A DNA stretch of 64,000 nucleotides from Psilocybe cubensis (lineage: Eukaryota): assembly GCA_017499595.2 (NCBI GenBank), contig CM038998.1, positions 1-64,000 of the forward strand, in the 5' to 3' direction. Of this stretch, positions 20,474 through 32,492 are shown piece after piece. The notes under the pieces were generated by a model that saw only the letters and a list, made by a program, of their open reading frames with translations, ran no database searches and was not told the DNA's origin. A program made the position numbers and the translations under genes. Position 1 is the first letter of the stretch. Every line of letters starts with the position of its first letter.

Positions 20474-21181
20474 AAAGAATACTAGCGCGTAAGGCGTAAA
20501 GCATTAGAAAAAAACCCTAACCGTAAGTATTCCTTGCTACAAAGTAACAAACATCTACTTACAAGCAACACATTGGATTAAATAGCTAAACCTAAACCTA
20601 AACCCTAAACCCTAAACCCTAAGCCCTAACCTAACCCCAACCCTAAGCTAACTAAGTCTAACCTTAGTAGGAAGTAAGGTAGGCGTGTGAACTTCCGAAA
20701 GGCATGTGATTGTGAAGGGCCGGATCTAATTTAGTACATGGGAAAAGTTACTTAGTACCTCGGGAAAAGTTCCTTAGTACCGTGGAAACATTTTTGATGG
20801 ACCGGATCATGAACTGTCCAATTAAGATTCACAACAATCAATCAATTGATTGTTAGGTAAGGACCCAGGTAAGCTATTTATACTCTTGACATGAGAATAT
20901 TCCCATGTCACGGTTACTCGGAGCCACGTAACCAGAGTATTTTATATCCATGTGATTCACATCACAGTCAATAACCCACGATGTCAAAGAACAAAAGTGT
21001 TGGATCCACTTTTGACAGGTTACCATGTGCCACATCGACCCGTGACACTCTGTTCATCAGAGATCTGTCTAACTTGACAATAAACATTGACAGATTTGTG
21101 ATAGTCGGTAAGATACATGACAGCTGCGCAGCATCACTTCACGCGCTGTCATCGGATGTTCCAGAACATTCCTTTTAAGAA

Positions 21182-21248
21182 TAGCCACTGAAGAGTCTAT
21201 AAAGACGAAAGGGCTGGCTGCTGATAACAATCAACAGCCCTCTGGCCT
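21182..21248 (+). ncRNA. Hammerhead ribozyme, intact
   Basis: Same core and stems. Confidence 0.88.
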
Positions 21249-21314
21249 TCTTTCCATTTAACTCACAGTTTAAACAAGTCGCTCGCACCTCGCTTCGCTC
21301 GGTGCTCGCTCCCC

Positions 21315-21405
21315 CCCTAAACCCTAAACCCTAAACCCTAAACCCTAAACCCTAAACCCTAAACCCTAAACCCTAAACCCTAACCCCTAAACCCTAAACC
21401 CTAAA
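21315..21405. repeat. Interstitial telomeric tract (CCCTAAA)~13
   Basis: Near-perfect heptamer run between copy 3 and a truncated solo pLTR. Confidence 0.95.
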
Positions 21406-21407
21406 AC

Positions 21408-22081
21408 GCTAACTAAGTCTAACCTTAGTAGGAAGTAAGGTAGGCGTGTGAACTTCCGAACGGCATGTGATTGTGAAGGGCCGGATCTAATTTAGTACAT
21501 GGGAAAAGTTACTTAGTACTTCGGGAAAAGTTCCTTAGTACCGTGGAAACATTTTTGATGGACCGGATCATGAACTGTCCAATTAAGATTCACAACAATC
21601 AATCATTCTATTGTTTGATTGTTAGGTAAGGACCCAGGTAAGTTATTTATACTCTAGACATGTGAATATTCCCATGTCGCGGTTACTCGGAGCCACGTAA
21701 CCAGAGTAATCTATATCCATGTGATTCACATCACAGTCAATAACCCACGATGTCAAAGAACAAAAGTGTTGGATCCACTTTTGACAGGTTACCATGTGCC
21801 ACATCGACCCGTGACACTCTGTTCATCAGAGACCTGTCTAACTTGACAATAAACATTGACAGATTTGTGATAGTCGGTAAGATACATGACAGCTGCGCAG
21901 CATCACTTCACGCGCTGTCATCGGATGTCTAGAACATTCCTTCTAAGAATAGCCACTGAAGAGTCTATAAAGACGAAAGGGCTGGTTGTTGGGATCCCCC
22001 AACAGCCCTCTGGCTACTTTCCATTTAACTCCCAGTTTAAACTAGTCGCTCGCACCTCGCTTCGCTCGGTGCTCGCTCCCA
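21408..22081 (+). mobile_element. Solo, 5'-truncated pLTR of the PLE
   Basis: pLTR sequence with no ORF, flanked by telomeric repeats. Confidence 0.88.
21950..22016 (+). ncRNA. Hammerhead ribozyme, intact (6-bp stem I UAGCCA/UGGCUA)
   Basis: Same core; the variant TGGCTA extends stem I. Confidence 0.9.
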
Positions 22082-22754
22082 CCCTAAACCCTAAACCCTA
22101 AACCCTAACCCTAAACCCTAAACCCTAAGCCCTAACCTAACCCCAACCCTAAGCTAACTAAGTCTAACCTTAGTAGGAAGTAAGGTAGGCGTGTGAACTT
22201 CCGAACGGCATGTGATTGTGAAGGGCCGGATCTAATTTAGTACATGGGAAAAGTTACTTAGTACTTCGGGAAAAGTTCCTTAGTACCGTGGAAACATTTT
22301 TGATGGACCGGATCATGAACTGTCCAATTAAGATTCACAACAATCAATCATTCTATTGTTTGATTGTTAGGTAAGGACCCAGGTAAGTTATTTATACTCT
22401 AGACATGTGAATATTCCCATGTCGCGGTTACTCGGAGCCACGTAACCAGAGTAATCTATATCCATGTGATTCACATCACAGTCAATAACCCACGATGTCA
22501 AAGAACAAAAGTGTTGGATCCACTTTTGACAGGTTACCATGTGCCACATCGACCCGTGACACTCTGTTCATCAGAGACCTGTCTAACTTGACAATAAACA
22601 TTGACAGATTTGTGATAGTCGGTAAGATACATGACAGCTGCGCAGCATCACTTCACGCGCTGTCATCGGATGTCTAGAACATTCCTTCTAAGAATAGCCA
22701 CTGAAGAGTCTATAAAGACGAAAGGGCTGGTTGTTGGGATCCCCCAACAGCCCT

Positions 22755-23683
22755 CAAGTACTCGTCCTCTCCCAAACTCCTGCCGCTTGTGCCTTCCCAA
22801 CTCATCCGGGAGCCCTTTCGTCACTGATCTTGCCCTTGACTCGGGGACGTTTCATCGACATGTTGGCTGCCTCACGGCAAGCGGGGCCCTTTTTCTTTCA
22901 CTCGCTCACGCCTTCTATGTTGGGTTACGGAGGTCATACAAACTCGTTTTAGTCTAGCTGCGGGGATATCCAGCTATGATGACTTTGTAATTCGAGGGCG
23001 CGCAGTTCTTCAATGGGTATGGACATCAGGTGAGAGTACACTGGGGGTTGTCAGGACCAGCTCTGCTGGATACGCTCCTGGCAAGTCGGTTGCAGCCGGC
23101 GACACTACCGAATTGCTGGGACGTCCTAAAGCTTGTGGGTACCGCCGACCGCTGGAAACAGCCTAGGCACCGGTGGCGACCGGGTATGGTAACAATCCCC
23201 AAGATTCAGCGAAAGCTGGAATGGATAATCAGCAGCGAATCCGTAACGGTCACGCCGACGGAAGCGTTCAACGACTAGGTGGTAGTGGGGTCTTCGGATC
23301 TTAAGATATAGTCTTGGGAGTGGGGAAACCCACATCTGGTATCTAAACCGCGCCTCGCTGCTTACGAGGACGGCCCGAAGTCCAGAACCGCTTAAAACGC
23401 GGGTGACCCGGCCTCCCCTTAGTAAAGGGAGTTAACACAAGGATGGACAAATAGTTCGTCGCCGGAAATGAACCTGTGGCTGTAATGGCTGATGTGGCGC
23501 CCCTTGGTAAAGGGCTTAAAGGGTATTAGCCTGCCATGTCCAATGGCATGAGAGTGTCCCTTGGTAAAGGACTTAATAGGCAATAGCCTGCTCTTTTGTC
23601 ATGAGCGGTATGTAGTGATCGTTTGCCTGTACGGTAGCGCCCATTGCTTGCACTGGTCCACGCCCGTAAAAAATCACGAGCCG
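22755..23683 (+). ncRNA. Group I intron copy 4
   Basis: Near-identical to 3773-4701 although the flanking pLTR and ORF1 are more diverged. Confidence 0.93.
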
Positions 23684-23794
23684 CTGGCTACTTTCCATTT
23701 AACTCCCAGTTTAAACTAGTCGCTCGCACCTCGCTTCGCTCGGTGCTCGCTCCCCCCCTAAACCCAACGACTTTGCTATTATCCATCAGCCACT

Positions 23795-26700
23795 ATGTCA
23801 TCTCAATACTCTGCTGCTTTCTCTCGTGCCATGTCCCCCACCCTGGACGCACTCACCCAGGCCGTCGTCAACAACACCGTTTTCGGCGTCAACGATGAAG
23901 CAGGCCGCCATAACGCTCTGATCGACGAGCTGGCCACTGTGGTCATCAAAAAAATAGCTGAGTGCCGCTCCGTTGACCAAGTCATAGACTGCGTCTTTTT
24001 TGACTATCGTGCTGCCCTTAGGGAGTTTCTCCTCAACCTCGCATCGTGGTGCGATAAGAGGGAAACAGTCAAGGCTAGCCTCGAGCGCCTTGAATCTGCC
24101 GTTAGCGCAGGCAACACGCCCAATCGCCTTAAGGTGAAGGCACCCGAGTTCCAACTTACGAAGGAATTCGCGGATGCCGGGTCAGCGGAGGCTCTTCGAG
24201 TCTCCACTACGTTCTCTACCGCTCGTGACGCCTTCCAAAAGGCAATTAACGACGGCGCCATTCAGGCGAAAAAGGACGAGCTGACTTTTTGGGATGATAA
24301 ATGCGCACTCAACTCTTGCTACGAAGCTGCTGCCCTCATCGTTAAGGCAACTTACGATGATCGCAAATCCAGCTACAAGCTCCCTGTTTTCTCTACAGAT
24401 AACAAGGGAGTTCGACGTATAGCAGAGTGGGTAGTGTCTCCGCAAAAGAAAGCCGAATGCAGTGCGCTGCAAACCATACTGCCGGCGATCTTTTCTCACA
24501 TCAAACAAATTGTCAACATGCGCCACCGCGCTTTGGCAATTAAGATTGAGAAAAAGCGGACGACTGCGGCAACAGCCGATGTCGAGATGGCCGACGCGAC
24601 CAAACCAGGTCCGTCGATTCAATCCCTTATTGATAAGGGCTTGAATGCACGTCTCAAGAAGCTCAACCTTGGATCTGTGGGCAAGAAGGCAAGTTTTCGT
24701 AACCCTTCACCCATAATTCTGGATACTAATTACTACTCTAATTACCCAGACTTTGTCTGGCCAGAATTCGTCCAAGGCTCCTCAACCTCAGGCCAAGAAA
24801 GCTGGCCCTTCGAAACCCAAGTCGTCGTCGACGCCTTCGCAACGCAAGCCTCAAACCAAGGCTTCCAACAAGGTCGACAACAAGAAGAAAGGGAAGGGGA
24901 GAGCTCCCGTCAAGAACGATCCAAAGGGAAAGGGAAAGGCAAGAGCCTAGATGCGCGGTCTAATGTAGTACCTTTTACGTCGGTGAGACCCGCCTTCCCC
25001 AACTCTATTCCTGACGATATACTCACCATGACTAAAACAGACGCAGTTTCTTTCGTACACTTACATACTCCAATATCATTCTTGTTGGCTGGCCAGTATC
25101 GTAGTAGTGTACATTGTAGTCCTGGTGTTTCTGTCCCTGTTGATGTAGCAAACGATCTCTCTCTCGGACTTAATTATATGTTTTTCACTCTGCCTTCTAA
25201 AAGTCTGATCATGCAAGCATGGAATGATTTCCAACGAAGAATAAGATGGCGTATCTATTTTTTGTTTAAGGAAGGCATGAATAAACCTTTTGATCCAGAT
25301 TATGGAGTAAGCTCAAAAAAGAAAGAGAAACCTCCTGTATTACCGCAATATATGGAACTTGGCCTTTCGATGGGACGTCGGTACGTGCAACGCACGATCG
25401 CAAGTATCCCGGAAGAAGCCCTTACGGAGATGCGAAAGCACGCGTTCTCTCCTAAAAGGGACAAGATCCGTAAGTTTCTTATCGATAACAACTATGTTAT
25501 TACGATGACAGATAAGAATCTTGGCCTCGCGGTGTCTGAACGCGACTGGATATTAAGGAATGAGCTCAATCTTCTTGAAGATGAACGTAATTACGAAGAG
25601 TTAGAATTCGAAGTTGCGCAAGAAGTTATGAAGAGCAAAATGATTCAGATGCAAACGCTCGCACGTACTGTCGAAGATGAACATCTGTTTCTATTTGAAC
25701 TTGGGTTGTCTCGATTCTTTCTATCGAATGTACCGGAAGACGGATCATCGTTCAAGTATCCTCAATTTCATGGTATACCTAAAATCCACAAGAAACCTAC
25801 TGGATTTAGGCCCATAATTCCGTGTCACTCTGTAGTATTTAATCCTGCAGCCAAGTTTGTATCAAAAGAGCTTAAGCCGATTATTAAATCGACTCCTTCA
25901 ATCATACACGGAACGAAGGATCTCTTTACGAGATTAAGCCAATTGCGTATAGACTCCAAAAGACAATGGTATTTTGTCACTGGAGATGTAGTTGCTTTCT
26001 ATCCCAATATTCCGTTGGACTTGTGCATCGAAATCGTTTGTAGTATGTACGAGGAATGGTTACTCAACGCTTCGGAAGAAAACACTGCATTAGCCCATAT
26101 TAATCCAAATTCGTTAGAGAATAACTTGGTTAAATTGGGCATCTTTAAACGTGCTATCGAGATTGGCAATACGCAATTGATAACACAACATGGGTCTAGA
26201 TATTTTAGACAAAAAAATGGCCTCGCAATGGGCGTCGCGGATTCTCCGGACCTTGCTAACCTCTTTGGAGCCCATTTTGAAATAAAGTCAAAAATCTTAG
26301 ACCACCCAAACGTGGCCTTCTATGGAAGGTACATCGACGATTGTTTCGCAATTGTTTACGCCGAGTCCGAAGCACTTGCACTTAATCTTATTAAAGAAAC
26401 AATAAAGTTCGATGGTTGTGTTATCGAATGGGCTGTTTCCTCGTCGGGATGTCAATTTCTCGATGCTTTCATATTCAAGGAGTCTGGAAAACTTCATTGG
26501 AAGCCTTTTGTCAAGACAGGAAACAACCGAGAACGAGTTCCATGGGTATCACATCATCCTTTGGACGTCAAACGTGGCGTCTACATTGGAGAGTTATCCA
26601 GGTTAGCCGTGCTATGTAGTACCAAGGAAATCTACATCGGAGCAATTAGAGACCTTAACGCTCTCTATTTGATGCGCGGTTATCCCGAAAACCTAGTCAT

Positions 26701-27325
26701 ATCTTGGTGTAAGAAGAATATACAAGAACGTTGGGAAAAGCGATTCGCTTTACGAGTCGCAGAGCACGACGAATCCATTCTTGTACTTAAAACCAGATTT
26801 GATCAGGTATGGAATTGGTTTTCAGCTGCTGAACTTGGAAAAACTGTTACCGAGTACTGGTCGGCATGGTATGAACATGCCGAGAAAGGTTTGTATAGTG
26901 CAGACTCGTCCAGACCCCTTATCAAACCAGATCCAAATTACGTTCACGACCTCGATGATGTTCGCCCGGAGCTGTTCACACAGATCCTCGTGGACGGAGA
27001 AACTGAGTTCGTACCGGATTTGAGGAAGATAGGACTACTCGGAAGTCGTTGGATAGTATCGCGAAAACGCAATACTAATCTTTTCGACCTTGCAAATGTG
27101 TGGAAGAAAACAGTCTTTCGTAAACTGGATGAAGACATCGCTGAAAAAGGTGGTGTTGTTCCCGAAACTCAAAACGTTAATGAAACTTATCATTCTGCTT
27201 TAGTTGAAGCTGCTGAGCAGATAAGTATCGAAAGTGATAACGAGATAATACTTCATAGACGTTCAATCTCACAAGAGAGGGAACATCCAGAATTTGGCAG
27301 AATATCCAAATCTTACAACCGATGA
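23795..27325 (+). CDS. PLE ORF1-RT polyprotein, 1176 aa
   Basis: Intact ORF with the YIDD RT core. Confidence 0.93.
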   Translation: MSSQYSAAFSRAMSPTLDALTQAVVNNTVFGVNDEAGRHNALIDELATVVIKKIAECRSVDQVIDCVFFDYRAALREFLLNLASWCDKRETVKASLERLESAVSAGNTPNRLKVKAPEFQLTKEFADAGSAEALRVSTTFSTARDAFQKAINDGAIQAKKDELTFWDDKCALNSCYEAAALIVKATYDDRKSSYKLPVFSTDNKGVRRIAEWVVSPQKKAECSALQTILPAIFSHIKQIVNMRHRALAIKIEKKRTTAATADVEMADATKPGPSIQSLIDKGLNARLKKLNLGSVGKKASFRNPSPIILDTNYYSNYPDFVWPEFVQGSSTSGQESWPFETQVVVDAFATQASNQGFQQGRQQEEREGESSRQERSKGKGKGKSLDARSNVVPFTSVRPAFPNSIPDDILTMTKTDAVSFVHLHTPISFLLAGQYRSSVHCSPGVSVPVDVANDLSLGLNYMFFTLPSKSLIMQAWNDFQRRIRWRIYFLFKEGMNKPFDPDYGVSSKKKEKPPVLPQYMELGLSMGRRYVQRTIASIPEEALTEMRKHAFSPKRDKIRKFLIDNNYVITMTDKNLGLAVSERDWILRNELNLLEDERNYEELEFEVAQEVMKSKMIQMQTLARTVEDEHLFLFELGLSRFFLSNVPEDGSSFKYPQFHGIPKIHKKPTGFRPIIPCHSVVFNPAAKFVSKELKPIIKSTPSIIHGTKDLFTRLSQLRIDSKRQWYFVTGDVVAFYPNIPLDLCIEIVCSMYEEWLLNASEENTALAHINPNSLENNLVKLGIFKRAIEIGNTQLITQHGSRYFRQKNGLAMGVADSPDLANLFGAHFEIKSKILDHPNVAFYGRYIDDCFAIVYAESEALALNLIKETIKFDGCVIEWAVSSSGCQFLDAFIFKESGKLHWKPFVKTGNNRERVPWVSHHPLDVKRGVYIGELSRLAVLCSTKEIYIGAIRDLNALYLMRGYPENLVISWCKKNIQERWEKRFALRVAEHDESILVLKTRFDQVWNWFSAAELGKTVTEYWSAWYEHAEKGLYSADSSRPLIKPDPNYVHDLDDVRPELFTQILVDGETEFVPDLRKIGLLGSRWIVSRKRNTNLFDLANVWKKTVFRKLDEDIAEKGGVVPETQNVNETYHSALVEAAEQISIESDNEIILHRRSISQEREHPEFGRISKSYNR

Positions 27326-28040
27326 AAAGAATACTAGCGCTTAAGGCGTAAAGCATTAGAAAAAAACCCTAACCGTAAGTATTCCTTGCTATAAAGTAAC
27401 AAACATCTACTTACAAGCAACACATTGGATTGAATAGCTAAACCTAAACCTAAACCCTAAACCCTAAACCCTAAACCCTAACCTAACCCCAACCCTAAGC
27501 TAACTAAGTCTAACCTTAGTAGGAAGTAAGGTAGGCGTGTGAACTTCCGAACGGCATGTGATTGTGAAGGGCCGGATCTAATTTAGTACATGGGAAAAGT
27601 TACTTAGTACTTCGGGAAAAGTTCCTTAGTACCGTGGAAACATTTTTGATGGACCGGATCATGAACTGTCCAATTAAGATTCACAACAATCAATCATTCT
27701 ATTGTTTGATTGTTAGGTAAGGACCCAGGTAAGTTATTTATACTCTAGACATGTGAATATTCCCATGTCGCGGTTACTCGGAGCCACGTAACCAGAGTAA
27801 TCTATATCCATGTGATTCACATCACAGTCAATAACCCACGATGTCAAAGAACAAAAGTGTTGGATCCACTTTTGACAGGTTACCATGTGCCACATCGACC
27901 CGTGACACTCTGTTCATCAGAGACCTGTCTAACTTGACAATAAACATTGACAGATTTGTGATAGTCGGTAAGATACATGACAGCTGCGCAGCATCACTTC
28001 ACGCGCTGTCATCGGATGTCTAGAACATTCCTTCTAAGAA

Positions 28041-28107
28041 TAGCCACTGAAGAGTCTATAAAGACGAAAGGGCTGGTTGTTGGGATCCCCCAACAGCCCT
28101 CTGGCTA
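28041..28107 (+). ncRNA. Hammerhead ribozyme, intact
   Basis: Same core, 6-bp stem I. Confidence 0.9.
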
Positions 28108-28786
28108 CTTTCCATTTAACTCCCAGTTTAAACTAGTCGCTCGCACCTCGCTTCGCTCGGTGCTCGCTCCCACCCTAAACCCTAAACCCTAAACCCTAAC
28201 CCTAAACCCTAAACCCTAAGCCCTAACCTAACCCCAACCCTAAGCTAACTAAGTCTAACCTTAGTAGGAAGTAAGGTAGGCGTGTGAACTTCCGAACGGC
28301 ATGTGATTGTGAAGGGCCGGATCTAATTTAGTACATGGGAAAAGTTACTTAGTACTTCGGGAAAAGTTCCTTAGTACCGTGGAAACATTTTTGATGGACC
28401 AGATCATGAACTGTCCAATTAAGATTCACAACAATCAATCAGTCTATTGTTTGATTGTTAGGTAAGGACCCAGGTAAGCTATTTATACTCTAGACATGTG
28501 AATATTCCCATGTCGCGGTTACTCGGAGCCACGTAACCAGAGTTTTCTATATCCATGTGATTCACATCACAGTCAATAACCCACGATGTCAAAGAACAAA
28601 AGTGTTGGATCCACTTTTGACAGGTTACCATATGCCACATTGACCCGTGACACTCTGTTCATCAGAGATCTGTCTAACTTGACAATAAACATTGACAGAT
28701 TTGTGATAGTCGGTAAGATACATGACAGCTGCGCAGCATCACTTCACGCGCTGTCATCGGATGTTCCAGAACATTCCTTCTAAGAA

Positions 28787-28853
28787 TAGCCACTGAAGAG
28801 TCTATAAAGACGAAAGGGCTGGCTGCTGATAACAATCAACAGCCCTCTGGCTT
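28787..28853 (+). ncRNA. Hammerhead ribozyme, intact, upstream of the ORF
   Basis: Same core and stems. Confidence 0.88.
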
Positions 28854-28958
28854 CTTTCCATTTTAACTCCCAGTTTAAACTAGTCGCTCGCACCTCGCTT
28901 CGCTCGGTGCTCGCTCCCCCCCTAAACCCAACGACTTTGCTATCACCCATCAGCCACT

Positions 28959-31900
28959 ATGTCATCCCAATACTCTGCTGCTTTCTCTCGTGCCATGTCC
29001 CCCACCCTGGACGCACTCACCCAGGCCGTCGTCAACAACACCGTCTTCGGCGTCAACGATGAAGCAGGCCGCCATAACGCTCTGATCGACGAGCTGGCCA
29101 CTGTGGTCATCAAAAAAATAGCTGAGTGCCGCTCCGTTGACCAAGTCATAGACTGCGTCTTTTTTGACTATCGTGCTGCCCTCAGGGAGTTTCTTCTCAA
29201 CCTCGCATCGTGGTGCGATAAGAGAGAAACAGTCAAGGCTAGCCTCGAGCGCCTTGAATCTGCCGTTAGCGCAGGCAACACGCCCAATCGCCTTAAGGTG
29301 AAGGCGCCCGAGTTCCAACTCACGAAGGAATTCGCGGATGCCGGGTCAGCGGAGGCTCTTCGAGTCTCCACTACGTTCTCTACCGCTCGTGACGTCTTCC
29401 AAAAGGCGATTAACGACGGCGCCATTCAGGCGAAAAAGGATGAGCTGGCCTTTTGGGATGATAAATGCGCACTCAACTCTTGCTACGAAGCTGCTGCCCT
29501 CATCGTTAAGGCAACTTACGATGATCGCAAATCCAGCTACAAGCTCCCTGTTTTCTCTACAGACAACAAGGGAGTCCGACGTATAGCAGAGTGGGTAGTG
29601 TCTCCGCAAAAGAAAGCCGAATGCAGTGCGCTGCAAACTATACTGCCGGCGATCTTTTCTCATATCAAACAAATTGTCAACATGCGCCACCGCGCCTTGG
29701 CAATTAAGATTGAGAAAAAGCGGACGACTGCGGCAACAGCCGATGTCGAGATGGCCGACGCGACCAAACCAGGTCCGTCGATTCAATCCCTTATTGATAA
29801 GGGCTTGAATGCACGTCTCAAAAAGCTCAACCTTGGATCTGTGGGCAAGAAGGCAAGTTTTCGTAACCCTTCACCCATAATTCTGGACACTAATTATTAC
29901 TCTAATTACCCAGACTTTGTCTGGCCAGAATTCGTCCAAGGCTCCTCAACCTCAGGCCAGGAAAGCTGGCCCTTCGAAACCCAAGTCGTCGTCGATGCCT
30001 TCGCAGAGGAAGCCCCAAACCAAGGTTTCCAACAAGGTCGACAACAAGAAGAAAGGGAAGGGGAGAGCTCCCGTCAAGAACAACGATCCAAAGGGAAAGG
30101 GAAAGGCAAGAGCCTAGACGCGCGGTCTACTGTAGCATCATTTACGTCGGTGAGACCCGCCTTCCCCAACTCTATTCCTGACGATATACTCACCATGACT
30201 AAAACAGACGCGGTTTCTTTCGTACACTTACATACTCCAATTTCATTCTTGTTGGCTGGCCAGTATCGTAGTAGTGTACATTGTAGTCCTGGTGTTTCTG
30301 TCCCTGTTGATGTAGCAAACGATCTCTCTCTCGGACTAAATTATATGTTTTTCACACTGCCTTCTAAAAGTCTGATCATGCAAGCATGGAATGATTTTCA
30401 ACGAAGAATAAGATGGCGTATCTATTTTTTGTTTAAGGAAGGCATGAATAAACCTTTTGATCCAGATTATGGAGTAAGTTCTAAGAAAAAAGAAAAACCT
30501 CCTGTATTACCGCAATATATGGAACTTGGCCTTTCGATGGGACGTCGGTACGTGCAACGCACGATCGCAAGTATCCCGGAAGAAGCCCTCACGGAGATGC
30601 GAAAGCACGCGTTCTCTCCTAAAAGGGACAAGATCCGTAAGTTTCTTATCGATAACAACTATGTTATTACGATGACAGATAAGAATCTTGGCCTCGCGGT
30701 GTCTGAACGCGACTGGATAATAAGGAATGAGCTCAATCTTCTTGAAGATGAACGCAACTACGAAGAGTTAGAATTCGAAGTTGCTCAAGAAGTTATGAAG
30801 AGCAAAATGATTCAGATGCAAACGCTCGCACGTACTGTCGAAGATGAACATCTGTTTCTATTTGAACTTGGGTTGTCTCGATTTTTTCTATCAAATGTAC
30901 CGGAAGACGGATCATCGTTCAAGTATCCTCAATTTCATGGTATACCTAAAATCCATAAAAAACCTACTGGATTTAGGCCCATAATTCCGTGTCACTCTGT
31001 AGTATTTAATCCTGCAGCCAAGTTCGTATCAAAAGAGCTTAAGCCGAGTATTAAATCGACTCCTTCAATCATACACGGAACGAAGGATCTCTTTACGAGA
31101 TTAAGCCAATTGCGTATAGACTCCAATAGACAATGGTATTTTGTCACTGGAGATGTAGTTGCTTTCTATCCCAATATTCCGTTGGACTCGTGCATCGAAA
31201 TCGTTTGTAGTATGTACGAGGAATGGTTACTCAACGCTTCGGAAGAAAACACTGCATTAGCCCATATTAATCCAAATTCGTTAGAAAATAACTTGGTTAA
31301 ATTGGGCATCTTTAAACGTGCTATCGAGATTGGCAATACGCAATTAATAACACAACATGGGTCTAGATATTTTAGACAAAAAAATGGCCTCGCAATGGGC
31401 GTCGCGGATTCTCCGGACCTTGCTAACCTCTTTGGAGCCCATTTTGAAATAAAGTCAAAAATCTTGGACCACCCAAACGTGGCCTTCTATGGAAGGTACA
31501 TCGACGATTGTTTCGCAATTGTTTACGCCGAGTCCGAAGCACTTGCACTTAATCTTATTAAAGAAACAATAAAGTTCGATGGTTGTGTTATCGAATGGGC
31601 TGTTTCCTCGTCGGGATGTCAATTTCTCGATGCTTTCATATTCAAGGAGTCTGGAAAACTTCATTGGAAGCCTTTTGTCAAGACAGGAAACAACCGAGAA
31701 CGAGTTCCATGGGTATCACATCATCCTTTGGACGTCAAACGTGGCGTCTACATTGGAGAGTTATCCAGGTTAGCCGTGCTATGTAGTACCAAGGAAATCT
31801 ACATCGGAGCAATTAGAGACCTTAACGCTCTCTATTTGATGCGCGGTTATCCCGAAAACCTAGTCATATCTTGGTGTAAGAAGAATATACAAGAACGTTG

Positions 31901-32492
31901 GGAAAAGCGATTCGCTTTACGAGTCGCAGAGCACGACGAATCCATTCTTGTACTTAAAACCAGATTTGATCAGGTATGGAATTGGTTTTCAGCTGCTGAA
32001 CTTGGAAAAACTGTTACCGAGTACTGGTCGGCATGGTATGAACATGCCGAGAAAGGTTTGTATAGTGCAGACTCGTCCAGACCCCTTATCAAACCAGATC
32101 CAAATTACGTTCACGACCTCGATGATGTTCGCCCGGAGCTGTTCACACAGATCCTCGTGGACGGAGAAACTGAGTTCGTACCGGATTTGAGGAAGATAGG
32201 ACTACTCGGAAGTCGTTGGATAGTATCGCGAAAACGCAATACTAATCTTTTCGACCTTGCAAATGTGTGGAAGAAAACAGTCTTTCGTAAACTGGATGAA
32301 GACATCGCTGAAAAAGGTGGTGTTGTTCCCGAAACTCAAAACGTTAATGAAACTTATCATTCTGCTTTAGTTGAAGCTGCTGAGCAGATAAGTATCGAAA
32401 GTGATAACGAGATAATACTTCATAGACGTTCAATCTCACAAGAGAGGGAACATCCAGAATTCGGCAGAATATCCAAATCTTACAACCGATGA
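28959..32492 (+). CDS. PLE ORF1-RT polyprotein, 1177 aa
   Basis: Intact ORF with a 3-nt insertion near 30080. Confidence 0.93.
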   Translation: MSSQYSAAFSRAMSPTLDALTQAVVNNTVFGVNDEAGRHNALIDELATVVIKKIAECRSVDQVIDCVFFDYRAALREFLLNLASWCDKRETVKASLERLESAVSAGNTPNRLKVKAPEFQLTKEFADAGSAEALRVSTTFSTARDVFQKAINDGAIQAKKDELAFWDDKCALNSCYEAAALIVKATYDDRKSSYKLPVFSTDNKGVRRIAEWVVSPQKKAECSALQTILPAIFSHIKQIVNMRHRALAIKIEKKRTTAATADVEMADATKPGPSIQSLIDKGLNARLKKLNLGSVGKKASFRNPSPIILDTNYYSNYPDFVWPEFVQGSSTSGQESWPFETQVVVDAFAEEAPNQGFQQGRQQEEREGESSRQEQRSKGKGKGKSLDARSTVASFTSVRPAFPNSIPDDILTMTKTDAVSFVHLHTPISFLLAGQYRSSVHCSPGVSVPVDVANDLSLGLNYMFFTLPSKSLIMQAWNDFQRRIRWRIYFLFKEGMNKPFDPDYGVSSKKKEKPPVLPQYMELGLSMGRRYVQRTIASIPEEALTEMRKHAFSPKRDKIRKFLIDNNYVITMTDKNLGLAVSERDWIIRNELNLLEDERNYEELEFEVAQEVMKSKMIQMQTLARTVEDEHLFLFELGLSRFFLSNVPEDGSSFKYPQFHGIPKIHKKPTGFRPIIPCHSVVFNPAAKFVSKELKPSIKSTPSIIHGTKDLFTRLSQLRIDSNRQWYFVTGDVVAFYPNIPLDSCIEIVCSMYEEWLLNASEENTALAHINPNSLENNLVKLGIFKRAIEIGNTQLITQHGSRYFRQKNGLAMGVADSPDLANLFGAHFEIKSKILDHPNVAFYGRYIDDCFAIVYAESEALALNLIKETIKFDGCVIEWAVSSSGCQFLDAFIFKESGKLHWKPFVKTGNNRERVPWVSHHPLDVKRGVYIGELSRLAVLCSTKEIYIGAIRDLNALYLMRGYPENLVISWCKKNIQERWEKRFALRVAEHDESILVLKTRFDQVWNWFSAAELGKTVTEYWSAWYEHAEKGLYSADSSRPLIKPDPNYVHDLDDVRPELFTQILVDGETEFVPDLRKIGLLGSRWIVSRKRNTNLFDLANVWKKTVFRKLDEDIAEKGGVVPETQNVNETYHSALVEAAEQISIESDNEIILHRRSISQEREHPEFGRISKSYNR

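Larger units (their letters stand above)
15241..21317 (+). mobile_element. Full-length PLE copy 3; ends approximate
   Basis: Near-identical to copy 2 at an offset of 6077. Confidence 0.92.
22082..28172 (+). mobile_element. Full-length PLE copy 4 (diverged subfamily); ends approximate
   Basis: Same layout with many substitutions in ORF1 relative to copies 1-3. Confidence 0.92.
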
